From: Penicillus capitatus
Lineage: Eukaryota; Plantae; Chlorophyta
NCBI GenBank assembly: GCA_965649825.1
Contig: OZ287699.1
Coordinates: forward strand, 558,001 to 622,000
Reading direction: 5' to 3'
DNA length: 64,000 bases
In this document: positions 25,687 through 38,036 of the stretch, in pieces
Layout: each line of letters opens with the position of its first letter
Position numbering within the stretch: position 1 is the stretch's first letter
Made by a program: the position numbers and the translations under genes
The notes under the pieces: model-generated
Told to the model about the DNA's origin: nothing
Database searches by the model: none
The model's input: the letters and a program-made list of their open reading frames with translations, nothing else

Positions 25687-25725
25687 ATTGGCTGAGAACG
25701 TCGGCAGAATTCTTCGACATATAAA
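25687..25725 (+). promoter_or_regulatory. Histone H1 promoter: inverted CCAAT box and TATA box
   Basis: ATTGG at 25687 and TATAAA at 25720, ~70 bp upstream of the ATG at 25793. Confidence 0.55.
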
Positions 25726-25792
25726 TGCAGAGGATGGCGCCATTCTGCCAGTAACGCATCTGGTGTCTTCGCAATCGGTGTTCGTATCGACC

Positions 25793-26365
25793 ATGCCTGC
25801 CACGACTAAGAAATCCAAGCCGACGCATCCGCCGTACGCCGTGATGATCAAAGAGGCTATCGTGACACTGAAGGAGCGCACGGGCTCTTCTCGACAAGCC
25901 CTGCGAAAGTTTATCGGAGCCAAATACAAACTGCCTGACGGATGGGAAAAGAAGCTCAGTCTTTACCTGAAAAAGATGACGATGGACGGTGCCTTGGTTC
26001 AAGTGAAGGCGTCGTGGAAGTTGGGCGAGAAGCTCAAGAAGATGAAGAAAGAGTCGACGACGAAGGACCCCAAGAAGATGAAGATGCCGAGAAAGACCGC
26101 GGCCAAATCCACGACTACCAAAGCCAAGACTGCGACGAAAAAGATGACGAGCAAAAAGGCGGCGGTCAAGAAGAAAAGGACCCCAATGCCGGACGACAAG
26201 AAAGTCAAGGGAGTCGCCATGAAGTCAAGGGCCAAACAGGCAACGAAAAAAACCACGCCCAAAACAAAGAGACCCTCAAAGAAAACAACAGGCGCTGTCA
26301 AGAAAGCAGCCAGCAAGACCACACAGCCAGCCAGCAAGAGAGCGGCTGCCGCAGCAAAGAAATGA
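25793..26365 (+). CDS. H1: Histone H1
   Basis: H15 globular domain (HPPYAVMIKEAIVTLKERTGSSRQAL...LVQVKASWKL) plus a Lys/Ala/Thr-rich tail; intronless. Confidence 0.95.
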   Translation: MPATTKKSKPTHPPYAVMIKEAIVTLKERTGSSRQALRKFIGAKYKLPDGWEKKLSLYLKKMTMDGALVQVKASWKLGEKLKKMKKESTTKDPKKMKMPRKTAAKSTTTKAKTATKKMTSKKAAVKKKRTPMPDDKKVKGVAMKSRAKQATKKTTPKTKRPSKKTTGAVKKAASKTTQPASKRAAAAAKK

Positions 26366-26680
26366 ACAACGATGTCGACCTTCTCTTTTTGTTTTCCTGT
26401 TTTATCCTCCAGTCGACGCTGTGTGTATGTATATACATAGAGTGGTCTATTTTCATGGGGCTCGATAAAGCACCAACACCGCCTACCACCACCACTGTTA
26501 CCACGACCACATCGATGACAACGACAAACTTGAACTGATAATTTAAGACCAGCAGACATCATGCGAGAGATGCAGACGAATGCCATCTACCAGTCGCGTG
26601 CGTTCGATCCGAGGAACCAGTCAACCCTTTTCAAAAAGAATCGTGCATGGATGGCACGCATTGGCAGCACGTCTGCCTTC

Positions 26681-27199
26681 TTACACATGTTTGCCAATCA
26701 GGGATTTGAGTTCATCGACCTTGGCACCGGTCATGGAGGCGACTTGAGCACCGTTCTTGTAGAGAATGAACGTCGGGACGGTGCGAATGTTCACGGCTTT
26801 GCCGATCTCCTTGTTGGCGGCGTTGCAATTGAACTTGACGAAGAGAACGCCGCGATCACGCCACTGCTCTTGCATCAGCACCAGTTCTGGATACATCAGC
26901 TTGCAAGGACCACACCAGTCCGTGTAGAAATCCACCACAACGAGATTCGACCCCGCCTCTTCTTCCAGAAAGGGATAGTACTCCGAGGCATTGAGCTCAC
27001 GCAGCTGTGCCGGGGCCTTCGAAGCACTGGACGACATACAATCGACGGCGACGGGGAACCGCGCGACACCACGTTCTTCGCGCGGCGATATCCGCGTCCA
27101 TGGACGCAGCGGAGAAGAGATAAGCGGTGCTCTTGTATGCGATGGGCACACGGAGCGCGGTGTCGCCGTTGTCGTCCATGCAAAAGCGTGTGGCGACAT
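26681..27199 (-). CDS. Plastid-targeted thioredoxin (f-type-like)
   Basis: VVDFYTDWCGPCK active site, FVKFNCN, IRTVPTF; Ser/Arg-rich N-terminal transit-like extension. Confidence 0.9.
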   Translation of the reverse strand: MSPHAFAWTTTATPRSVCPSHTRAPLISSPLRPWTRISPREERGVARFPVAVDCMSSSASKAPAQLRELNASEYYPFLEEEAGSNLVVVDFYTDWCGPCKLMYPELVLMQEQWRDRGVLFVKFNCNAANKEIGKAVNIRTVPTFILYKNGAQVASMTGAKVDELKSLIGKHV

Positions 27200-27288
27200 C
27201 TGATGGATCCGTGCTACGCGTCACGTCATTGTTTACAGGCAGCTGTTTAAAGACGGGAGCAGCGTCGTGGTCGTCATCCTTCAGATAT

Positions 27289-27813
27289 TCAGAAGAGCAA
27301 CAGGCACAGAATCACAAAGGATCCCAGTATTAACAATAAACGCGTCAGAAAAGCTTGATGCTGCTGTTCAGGTGTCATTCGTGCCCCAGGTTGACTACCA
27401 TAGATTCCAAACAGCGTCGGCAGTATTCCTGGTGTTGGATTTCCACCCGCTGAATTCAGAGGAGACATCAAAGAGGCTGGATTGCTGTAGTCTGCTTCGA
27501 CGTACTGTCCAGCTGGACGGCGCTCAATTTCCACCATTTTTTCACTCTTGTCTTTATCTTTGTCCCCGTCAGAGCGACAGTAGATAGGGACGACGCGCTC
27601 GCCCTCCAAGTCGGACTTGCAAACGGGACAGACACGTGTTCCTTGCTGAGAACGAAACCACTTTGCCAAACACGGCCAACAGTAAAGATGCCCACAAAGC
27701 GTCACAACGGGGTCTTTGGCGAGCTCATAACAGATATTACACTCGAACGGCGACGATTCTTCTTCTTTCGGAATACCCTCCGGGTTCGATAAGGAAGCGA
27801 CGCGAGCAGACAT
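27289..27813 (-). CDS. C3HC4 RING E3 ligase RMA1/RNF5-like
   Basis: FECNICYELAKDPVVTLCGHLYCWPCL...CPVCK, RPAGQ, C-terminal TM anchor LLLILGSFVILCLLLF. Confidence 0.92.
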   Translation of the reverse strand: MSARVASLSNPEGIPKEEESSPFECNICYELAKDPVVTLCGHLYCWPCLAKWFRSQQGTRVCPVCKSDLEGERVVPIYCRSDGDKDKDKSEKMVEIERRPAGQYVEADYSNPASLMSPLNSAGGNPTPGILPTLFGIYGSQPGARMTPEQQHQAFLTRLLLILGSFVILCLLLF

Positions 27814-28688
27814 CAGACGGAATAGAACAAGGCACGCCTTCACGGCAACAGCGACCGAACGTACCAACATCGGTACATCGCGACATTGGCGAAGTAGTAT
27901 CACGTGGCACTACGGATATCTACCGAGACATCGTCGAGGCATGTCGAGAGTCCTGTTGGCCAAAATAGCACGTGTCGAATAATCTGCTGATCGCTCGCGC
28001 GCATGTGTCGTCCTGCCGCGGCCGATCCCATTGGATTTTTTTGGTCGTTCGAAAGTGTCACATCAATCATGCACTCACTTTTATCGCAGGCGAATCGATA
28101 TCTCGAACATTCCAATGTCCACGACGTATTTCGAGGACGCTCAAGTAAAAGCACGGCGTGATGTGGGGGTCACAAAAAGCACAGGCAGATGCGATGACAG
28201 CTGACATCACGCACTTCCTTTGCGCATACGGTAAGAACAACAAATAGCCTTCATTTGAGTATTGATGGCACACACTACAGCCTTCTTTGCTCGAAAAGAA
28301 CAGATGAATTCAGAAGACTCTTTAGAGAACGTGACTGAGAAGGTAAACAGGAGAAATGCCGTCGTCGAGGAAAAGTACCTGATCTCCTTCTCGATAAATT
28401 GACGACCGATCCTTCGATCCTTCGAATACGTCAGCTTCGAAGGTCTCACGTTCTTCGTCAAGACGACAACAGATTTCGCAGTTTTCATCAAACCCCACTC
28501 GAAGATGCTGTCGCTCTATGAGCGAGCATGGACACCATGCGTCTCGCATCCCGACGATGAAACCCTCTAAGATCTTTACCGGCATTAACCATCCCATCTT
28601 TCTGCAACTGTGCCTCGTTGCGCGTCTGTCGCCGTACGTCATCTGGGCGGGTTACAGTCGTTGATCGTTCCTCGCTTAGTTTGATGCT

Positions 28689-29381
28689 ATGTCTGCCGTC
28701 GTCGCTTTCGACGCGCTGTCTCTCGTTTTCTTCGTTCTCCACATACCAATTTCGTTCTTGATCGATGGCCAAGTCGGTAAACCTCGAACCTGTCATCGTC
28801 CACCAACATTGTGCTCATGCACAACATCCTGTCTGCAGTTTTCCCTCGAGAATATTTTCCCGATTGGGCCGTTCAGATGTGCGAAGACTACATCAACGAG
28901 ACAAAGGATCCAGTGGTATCGATCAACGACCATTGGTGCCACGGAGCATCTATCAGTACTGACCCATGGATGCTCATAGATGTCCGAAGCTGCTGTTTGG
29001 TTTCGTTCCCTTGTCGTCGCCGAGATCTTCTTCCAGGTTCCGTTCTTCGTTTTCGCCGCTATCTGCTATCTATATCGCCTCAAAATTGTCAGAATCCCGG
29101 CCATTCTTTACAGGTTGGCATCGATGCCGATGTCCGAGTCACTCAGAGCTCTTTTGTGCGATGGCAGTGCTGAAGCATGCACATCGTTGGTGCCCATTCT
29201 TGCCAGTTTTATTGTGCCATACATAAAAGGCAAAGATATTGAATACGATGTGGGACGTTTGATGCTGACATACGCTCCATTCTTCCTGATTCCCTTTCTT
29301 CTTGGATTGAGATGGACGGTCTACGCAGATCCACCATTCTCCAAGCCCCAGCAACAAAAGAGAAAAGAGAAAGACGTTTGA
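28689..29381 (+). CDS. EXPERA-domain membrane protein (TMEM97-like)
   Basis: FFVLHIPISFLIDGQ, YINETKDP, WFRSLVVAEIFFQVPFF, TYAPFFLIP, C-terminal KRKEKDV. Confidence 0.85.
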
Positions 29382-29514
29382 AAACGGAGCATGACACGCG
29401 GAATCGATCGTCAGGGGATGGAAGAAGAGAGGCACTCAGAATTGATGGGTATCGATTGAGGTGGTGGGCGGAAGAGTTAGTGATGGTCATAGTGAATGCA
29501 TCAACGAGTCAATG

Positions 29515-31473
29515 TCACATAATTCGCATCAAATCATCTAACCTATGATTTCGCATATCAGAAGCGGTACGGGGATTACGTGATCCATTCTTTGACACTT
29601 GAAAAGCGCGTGACGTGGCTTGCTGCGTAAATCTTTGACCCAATTCCGGACAGTTGCGCAGCATGACGAGATATTCATCGCTCGAGAGAATCTGCACAGA
29701 CAGAAACCATATGTATCACTCCATGCACAGGTGAGAGGGGATGCTGACCTCGAGGAGTCTGTCAGGCGAGGAAGAGAAATCGATACAAGCTTCCAGGAGT
29801 TCAGGACAGGAATGTTCATCGGCCGCTTTCACCAGCATGGCTACATTGTCGACCATTATTGTCTCTTTCATGTGCATCAGGCATTCCTCTCGGAGGCCGC
29901 CAATATCGTACAGATCGGCAACGCGAAAGAGATCCACGACCATGTCGGATGGAATGCTATCCAAGCATCCATACATGTACTTTGTCATCGATTCCAGTAC
30001 ACTGGGCTCGACTGCATCGAGCACGACCTCGCCCATCTGATTCTCGATCATCTCGACACTGAACATCCGATGAAACGTCCGGGAGGATGCTGCCAAAATC
30101 ACTTTGTGTGCCAAAACTTCCGTCCCTTTGGACTTGAGGACGACATCACATGTCTCTTGATCCAGGTAGAGATGCGAGATGCCTTTGAGCATGTCGAGAT
30201 TGTGGACACGAGCATTCAAAGTGGAAGAGTCCGGAGGCAAAGGGCATTTCCACATCATCTCGACTTCAACACAATAAGTCCCTGTGCCGATGTACGACAC
30301 ACTGTGATCTGGTTTACCGCTCGTCGTTGTTCCCCCCATAAAAACCAAGGTATCTCTCCATGCCACTGCCACATGGCCTCCTCTCGGTAGAAGATGGGCA
30401 TTGGGATGGGAGATCACGGACCACTGATGCGTTTCGAAGCTAAATTCATAGGTATCCCCGACAATGTCCCAGCTCTGTGGCTGACGGAAGACACGAGGAA
30501 ATCCCCCGTGTATAATCCATTTCTTTCCCAGAACGGTCGCCGTACATCCAATCCTGCCACACGGGACGTCTCCCTTGGCCTTGATCAAAAACCATTCCCG
30601 TTGTGCCAGATCCAGACAGAACATCGCCATGGTATTGTTCGAATCGGCATAGTTCAGGCAGAGTACGTACAGTTTCCCTTCGAATTCGGCAATGTCTTGT
30701 ACGTCATCGGGGGCTGGCGGCTCTCCCGTTGTTGTGAAGGCAGACCATGTCCGTGTCTTAAAATGAAATCCATAGAGGGACCCTGGATTCTCTTTGGATT
30801 GATCACAGTCGCCATTGTCTCCAAAAAGAAGCATTGTATCGCCGACGACGGTCACGGAATGCCACGCTCTGCTTTCCATCTCGATGCCTTCTTGCTCGAC
30901 AGGTTCCCACACAGCCGTAGCAAAGTCATAGGTATACATGTCGCGAAAGTACTGCACTAATGTGTCGCTATAACCTCCGAAGAGCCAAAGCTTGTTATCG
31001 TAAACGACGGCAGAATGGCCGGAACGAACGCAGGGGGATCGGGGAGAGTCGCGGAGTAGTGTCCACTCCGAATGGAGCAAATCATAGCGCCACATGAGCT
31101 CGGGTTCGGGCGAGAGTGCTGCATAGCCTCCACCCACCAGATAGATTTGGTCATGCCACAGGGCGATACCAGCGTATTCGCGTTGGGGTGCCTCTGACAC
31201 TGAGGACGTGTTCAGTCGGGTCACACGCCACTCCCAGGGAAGCGTATTCAGAAGATGCTGCGAAAGGCGCTCGACGAGTACTTCTCGGTCACCACGCGTG
31301 TCGATGTTGAGTGCTGCTAAAAGTAGACTCAGCTGGGACCTGGAGAGATGCTTCAGTCCAAGCGAGGCGAAACCGGGACTGCCCTTAACGAATGGCCCGG
31401 TACACGCACCCTTCGACAACGACGAAGACGACGACGGATTCATAACGCTAATCAACAACAAAATGATGAACAT
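29515..31473 (-). CDS. SAP-like + kelch repeats + BTB/POZ protein
   Basis: LSRSQLSLLLAALNIDTRGDREVLVERL (SAP-like); kelch GG motifs (IYLVGGG, RSGHSAVVYDNKLWLFGG); BTB CDVVLKSKGTEVLAHKVILAASSRTF; last exon 29515-~29690. Confidence 0.85.
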
Positions 31474-31512
31474 TCGGTCGAAACGCCCCAGCCGTCAACT
31501 GCAGCTTGCACC

Positions 31513-32565
31513 ATGTTCGTTGCCTTTTTCGCAGTGCTGTGTTTGGGATGGGGTATGGAAGGAACGACGGCGGAGGATCCGACAGATACCCTCCCCGGTG
31601 TACAGGACCTCAGTGCGTGACACCGAATGCGTACTGTGGGTATTGCTGAATCGACTCTGTTCCTTCTTACCAGCGCCCGAGACATTCGACAACGTCGTCA
31701 ATGGCAAAGTCCATGCCCTTGTTGAATTCTATGCGCCGTGGTTCGTTGCCGACGGCATGACCCATTGCCGAAAGAGATATGGCATGACAGGTGTGGTCAT
31801 TGCAAGAGTCTGACGCCGGAGTTCAAAAAACTGGGAGAAGAAGTCATGTCCGATCCAAAACTCAAAAATCGCGTCGTCATTGGGAAGGCACGATCGCTCG
31901 ATCATTGTCGCGTCCACTTCTGGAAGAATCGAGGATGCCGCTCGTAGGTCAATGCCGATACGCATCGTGAATTGGGAACGCGATTCGATGTCAAAGGCTT
32001 TCCGACGCTAAAGTGGTTCAGCCGTGGCAAACCGACCTCGTCACCGGATGAGTGAACGATTAGCCAAAAACAGACGGGGTTCTGATAAGATGTGCCTGGT
32101 CGATAGTTATAACAGCGGTCGTAAGCTGGATGCATTTTTGAGTTTCATACGAGAAAAGCTCGAAGCCGATAAAGGCTTTGGTCGTCTGGATGTCCTCGAT
32201 ACGATCGTTCAGAATTTCTTGACGGGCATGGATGTTTTTATATCGAGGCCGGCTGGATCTCTGCGTTGCAGGTGACAAAGACAGTGTCATTAAGGAAGTG
32301 GAGGAGAAGATTAATGGATGGACGGGGGAGGACCAAGAAAAAGGCGCTGTCTACTTGAAACTTATGCAAAAGACAAAGGAAAAGGTAATCGGTGTGCGAC
32401 ATGGATGTTCCTCATGCGATATTGATGTGACAGGGCAATGACTATCTGACAACGGAGCGCGCGCGAGTGATGCGTGTGATCGATTCTGGAAACGTGAACG
32501 AAGAAAAAATAGCTGAGCTGTCTCGCAAAGTTTCTATTATCTCGGCCTTTCTTCCAGAACAATAA
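31513..32565 (+). CDS. Protein disulfide isomerase (single CGHC thioredoxin domain + ERp29-type C-terminal domain)
   Basis: Signal peptide, EFYAPW|CGHCKSL across an intron, FDVKGFPTLKWF, helical C-terminal domain; no KDEL. Confidence 0.9.
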
Positions 32566-32951
32566 CTCTATGTGAAGCAAAATGCGCAAAGGCCAGCATC
32601 ACTCCATTTCTTCTATCGTCATCCATAACCATAAGCACAAAGAATCGACAGACGTGGCGGCAAACTCCGCCCCTAATGCGTTGCATCGTATTCTCGCACC
32701 AACGGTGGTTATTCTCTCCGATCTCTCAGTGACATTTGATCACTCCTGCAGCTGTTCTATCTCGACGGCATTTTCGGCAAGGGTGCGACCCTCATGCGCT
32801 GTGTGTTGGGCAACGTCTCATCCGACACTTTTGACGGCAGCACATCACGCGTGGATTCGTCGATTTCAAAACCCCGACAATACCATGTGCTTGACGACTA
32901 CACCATTCCAGCGCACAACAGTGCTAGATTGTATTCGGCATGCGGCGTTTG

Positions 32952-33725
32952 ATGTCGTTCGTGCGAGACGGAGTAATAAAAAGAGACGTTTTTAAGGAAA
33001 GCCGTCAGTTGATGTATCAAAGACATGTGCGAAATCGCCGGCAGCTATCACCTACCTTATCTTCCAAATCTATCCTTGAAACATACAGAAAAAGCGTCTG
33101 TCTGTTAAGTGACGATGAGACAGACGACGTCGGGGGGGGGGGTGAAAAACTAGGCGATCGACTATGGAGACAGAAGATCGGCATTCCTCTTTTGAACCTC
33201 TGCTCCAGAATGACCCCAGATACATGGACAGGTCATGTGTGCTTTCAAGACGCATTCTTACGCACGACATAGATCTGTTGTCGACGAGGACATGTATGAT
33301 GTGGTGATGAAAAATCGCGCATGTGAGAGGACCCCAGTCACATCACAGACGCGGCGTCTCCTGTCCACCGTCGTCAATCGAATCAACACGCAACGGACGA
33401 GAACGCGACAAGGAACCGTCGATGCTTTTCTTAACAACGCACGAAGAAATGCACATGATCGAACTTCCTTCGATTTTCGGGTACGACAAGGATATTCTCT
33501 CCTGTACTTCGACGCCAATCAAAGACCTTCCGTTCGTTAATGATGATGATAGCGCGGTGTACGACCACGAAAACATTTCTGATGGGACAGCATCTAAGTT
33601 CCCTTCTACGGAGGGCATCAGCATCCGAATATTCCAATATCCCCAAGGCGTCGATCATAAACGCGCTTTTCAGTCATATGCTATCGAACGCGACTCCCGT
33701 TTGGCTTTTTCATCCTTTCCTCTAA
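32952..33725 (+). CDS. Hypothetical protein
   Basis: Consecutive open frames joinable by short GT-AG introns; no recognised domain. Confidence 0.3.
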
Positions 33726-34881
33726 CCGATCGATCATGAGTAAAAGACTTCAGCTTCTCCTTTCGAACATGCCTGCTTACAAAGAAGAGGAGCCCGAAAA
33801 CCCCAAACGAAGTGACTGTCATCATTTTTCAAGACGTTCTCTCTATAATGGATGTCAGGTTTCGGCCGATCCGTCATTAGCGCCCTGCGCAAGACGCTGG
33901 CGGCCTCGTCTGTGAGTTATTTACAAACGTTACAGGAAGAGAGCGAAACGACGTAAGATCGCAACGACCATCACCTTCGCGTCAACCGTTTCCCTTCTGT
34001 CCCTGCAGCGAACAAGACTGCCCCATCCAACAGGCGAATCCCGTTGCCAATGATTTTTCGAACGACGACATCGAGGAGGCCATACGTCGATCGATCTTAG
34101 ACGTGGTCGAGGGACGTCATCCGGCCACGCGGTCTGTGTGCGAAATTGAACTCGAACGCATGGACAGGTGGTGGCACACCGTCTTAAGCGCCGCCGAATG
34201 AGCACGTTGTTGATGCAGAGGATGGCGCAATGGCGACGCCGCGTCGTGGTACGACGATGAAGGTTCTTGTTCTGGACAAATGACTCCGAAATCGGCAGCC
34301 TCTTCACGTTTTCAAGCATCGAGCTCGTCGGGCGTGACGTATCAGGATCTGTACTCCGTCTCGTCCGAAGAGTCGCGACGCACGTAGAACAGTCTGTCGA
34401 TTTCCATAACGCTGAGTGGAGTGTTTTTTTTTTCTTTGGCCTTTTGCCGTCGAGTTTGAATTGAGTGATGTTTCACGATATGATGAATCGTTCTGCTTTT
34501 GAACCGTTCCCATAAGAGCTGATGGGAGATGTTCAACAGCGGAAGGATTTTTTTCGAGTCTTGAGATCCCAAGCATGGTGCGTATGTCTGGCACACATAA
34601 CTTCAAAAATTGATCTTTTCCTCTTAATACGTGGTTCCCAAAATCTTGTCTATTGGCCATCTAACACATGCCTTCATGGTGGGAAACAAGTTTCCTTTTT
34701 GCATATATATGCATGCACACACGAAATGACGCGACAGAATCTGTTACGTATCGATCATCAGGTTTATGGGGGTGGGTCTTTTTCACAGTGCTGTCATAAT
34801 GCGGGTGAAGAGTGTCCTCACGTGGCGACATCCTCAAATCTCAAGGATCTTGTTGTCTGTTTTAGACTTTTATGTAAAGGT

Positions 34882-35292
34882 CTACGAGTGATGCAAAACA
34901 ACATCGTCTCTATCAGATCGCTGAACGCATTGGACGTAACGCATGGAATCCCAGATCCACAGGCCGAACGGACCTACTACGCTCCTGATGATGTGACGTT
35001 GCGCGGACAGCAAGGCGGCAGAAGCAAGTTCGTCAACTGAACATCGATCCAACCAAAACCCAATACAGACGGAAACAATTGAGAACACGCCATTCTCTCT
35101 TCAGTCGTATGACGAATAATGAGTTGAAGGACGCATTCGAGTGTCACATGGGTCAAAGGCTGTTCATCTGAGTCGAAAAAGTGTGAACTCCTTCAGAAGA
35201 GATCCATTCTGGACACACAGATTCGCGCGTGTTCCTGATCCCGCCATCAGTGCAGCGAGATCCGGATCCATTCGTTCAATGGGCGACGCCAT
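34882..35292 (-). CDS. Hypothetical protein (may extend further 3')
   Basis: MASPIERMDPDLAAL joined through a ~50-nt intron to a 95-codon open frame; no recognised domain. Confidence 0.3.
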
Positions 35293-35435
35293 GAACAAGG
35301 GCCAGTTCGTTTTTGCGACAGAAATTGGCTGTATACTATGAGAGATTTCAAGACGATCACACCCGTCTGTTACAGCTGTCACATCAGCGTCAGCTTTGAT
35401 ATTGGTGAACCGCTAACCTATTGCTTCGTATTTTC

Positions 35436-37566
35436 ATGTTCGGCGTGGCTTTGAAATTAACCGTGTCGAAGAAGAAACCTTCGCACCGCTCAGGGCGGCC
35501 CCTGCGTCAATACGATGGTAACTTTTTAAGTGAGCCTTCGCTTCGCGCGGACATCCACGCTTGTAGATTCGAAGTTTCGGCGTCAGCGCGTCTAAGCTCT
35601 TTGAGCTTCTGCGCCTCGGTTGTCTTGAGAAGCATTCCACGAGAACGCTCACACACAGCTTTAAAGACAAGGCCGTGCTGGACGACGACGTGCGTTTCTG
35701 ACCTTCGGCTGAACGACGAGGCACACACATGTCTTTGGCGTTGACTAGGAACTTAGAGAACTTCGTGTGACGAACGATTTCAGAAACATTCGCGCTTTCT
35801 ATGATTTTACTGGGAAGGAACTAGGGCGGGGAAGATTCGGCGAGACGCATATTATTGTGCACAAAGAGACAAAGAAAACTTATGCATGCAAATCTGTCCA
35901 CAAGGAAAGTCTCGTTCATGAAGCGGATGTCGAAGCCCTTCGAAGGTCATTCCACCGACATGACCCTTATGATGACGACAACTGACCCATGCGTGGGTGG
36001 GTCGTAGGGAGATCGATATTTTGAAACTCTTTAAGGGTTACGAGAGCATTGCCTCGTTTCATGATGTCTTTGAAGATGAATTCTTCTTGCACATAGTTAT
36101 GGAACTATGTACGGGTGGAGAGTTGTTCACGAAGATTGTGCAAAAGGTAAAAGAGTATGGTGTGGGATATGCTTCTGAAGAGGATGCCTGTGCAGAAACG
36201 CTTTACGGAGTATGAAGCCGCAAGAATGATGCGATCGATTCTCAGCACGGTGGCCCTCTGTCATGATCACTATATTGTACATTCCGATTTGAAGCCAGAG
36301 AATTTCATTTTCTCGCACGACGGGCCTGGAATGAAGCTGAAATCTATCGACTTTGGAATTTCTCAGTTCTGTCCATTTGGGAAGAAGCTGCATGATTTGG
36401 TGAGAGAGATCGCCTCGTATGAGATCTCGAGGATGAAACCTGTCGTAGGTTGGGACCGTGAACTACATGGCACCGGACGTGCTGGCAAGAGACTATGGTT
36501 TCGAAGCGGACATTTGGAGTTGTGGTGTCATCTTGTATCTGTTAATCAGCGGTATGTTTCTCTCGATCTCTCATCAGCACACTCTGCCACGATTCAGGAG
36601 AACCGCCATTTTATGGAAAAACGAAGGAAGACGTTGCAAAGTGCATCAAGTATTGGGATATCGATTTCTCCTATGATCCATGGCCTAAGGTTTCTCCATC
36701 GCTCAAGCGATGCATAAAGAGCATGCTCGACCGGCAAGGATTCCCTGTTATGGATGGGCTGGTCTCATGCATGTCGTGACTGTTTGGTAGAGAGCCTTCG
36801 AGGCGCGGCACAGCAAGAGAGATTCTCTTCTGTGACTGGATGGTCGAGCAACAAGCATCTCCTAGACAACCTATTCCAAACGCCATTTATTCCAAACTGC
36901 AGCAATTCTCAAGACACAATCTACTAAAGAGGTCGGTCAGTCGGTCCCTGTTATTGACCCACCCACGCATCTCAAAATTGCATGTTCTGCAGGTTGGGTT
37001 TGAGACTTATCGCAGGTGCCTTACCAGAAGGCGATAAAGGAGCGCTGCGGATTCTTTTCGAGCAACTAAAGCGAGAGCCCGGGCCTTTCCTCTCGGCCAG
37101 CGAACTTGAAGAAGCACTCGTAAACAAAGGACAGAAGATTCGAAAATTGGAACTGAAACAAATGCTGCGAGATATCAGTGTAAACAATACCGGAAAGATA
37201 TCATTCTTGGATTTCACTGCGGCAAACATGAGGGTCTCTTCTTCTCTGTCGACTCTTGAGGATTCACTTTCCTGGTTTGCATAGTTGGGACAGCTGGCAT
37301 CGGAAAAGAACATCGAGCAGGCTTTCCAGGAGATCGACCTTGATCGAAATCAATTCGTTGATTTTAGAGATCTCAAAGGCTTTCTCACAAAACACTGCGC
37401 TCCCTACGTCCGTTCTGCTTCCTCTCTTTCCTTCTCTAAGAGGTCTGTGTGCGATCAGAGTCCGACCAATGAAGAGATTAGGGAAGTCTTGGAGAGTACA
37501 GACTTCAAATCGGATGGCATTATCGATTTTGCCGAGTTCCGAGCGTTGATGAAAGGGAGCTATTAA
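35436..37566 (+). CDS. Calcium-dependent protein kinase (CDPK-like)
   Basis: [57 protein letters not shown], followed by EF-hand-like loops ([25 protein letters not shown]). The N-terminal exon is uncertain. Confidence 0.88.
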
Positions 37567-38036
37567 AACTTTCAATCGACACAGTAAAGGTTTTCAACTC
37601 TGTATGTATGCTTACCTACGCACTCACACATCCACGGTCCTGTAGCACAGCGCCGCGCGGAAAGTAGTTTTAGCCATAAGGTTCTGTGACCTGTCCTATT
37701 GGCTGTAGATTTGGTGATGTTCGACAATCAGTTTATAAAGGGAGGGATCTTATGTTTGTCACCTTTTATCATTTCATGCTTCGATCGAGCCGCCCGAGAT
37801 AGCAGAACTCATCGAACAAGTGGAATAAGCATCCGCATCTGCTAATAATAACATCAAGATGTTGTCATCTCTGCAAAACTCACGCCGCTTGAATCTGTTG
37901 GTGGACGCAACGGGGGTGGGTGTGTTGGTACAGAATACACATCGAAAACATTCTCGAATCAAAAGCAATGTGATTTCAGCTTTTGGAAGACTGCTTGCTG
38001 TTTATGATGATTTTTATAAATCGCATGTGTTGTTCC

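Noticed and set aside
26470-26530. ACC-rich tract after histone H1
   Set aside because: Ordinary imperfect microsatellite in a 3' region; no histone stem-loop was seen.
27900-28642. Possible PLAC8-like Cys-rich gene on the minus strand
   Set aside because: I could not join the frames with consistent intron phases, and the WCPC similarity is too short.
33131-33142. Poly-G run
   Set aside because: A single run read as GGGG codons; it lacks the four G-tracts needed for a quadruplex.
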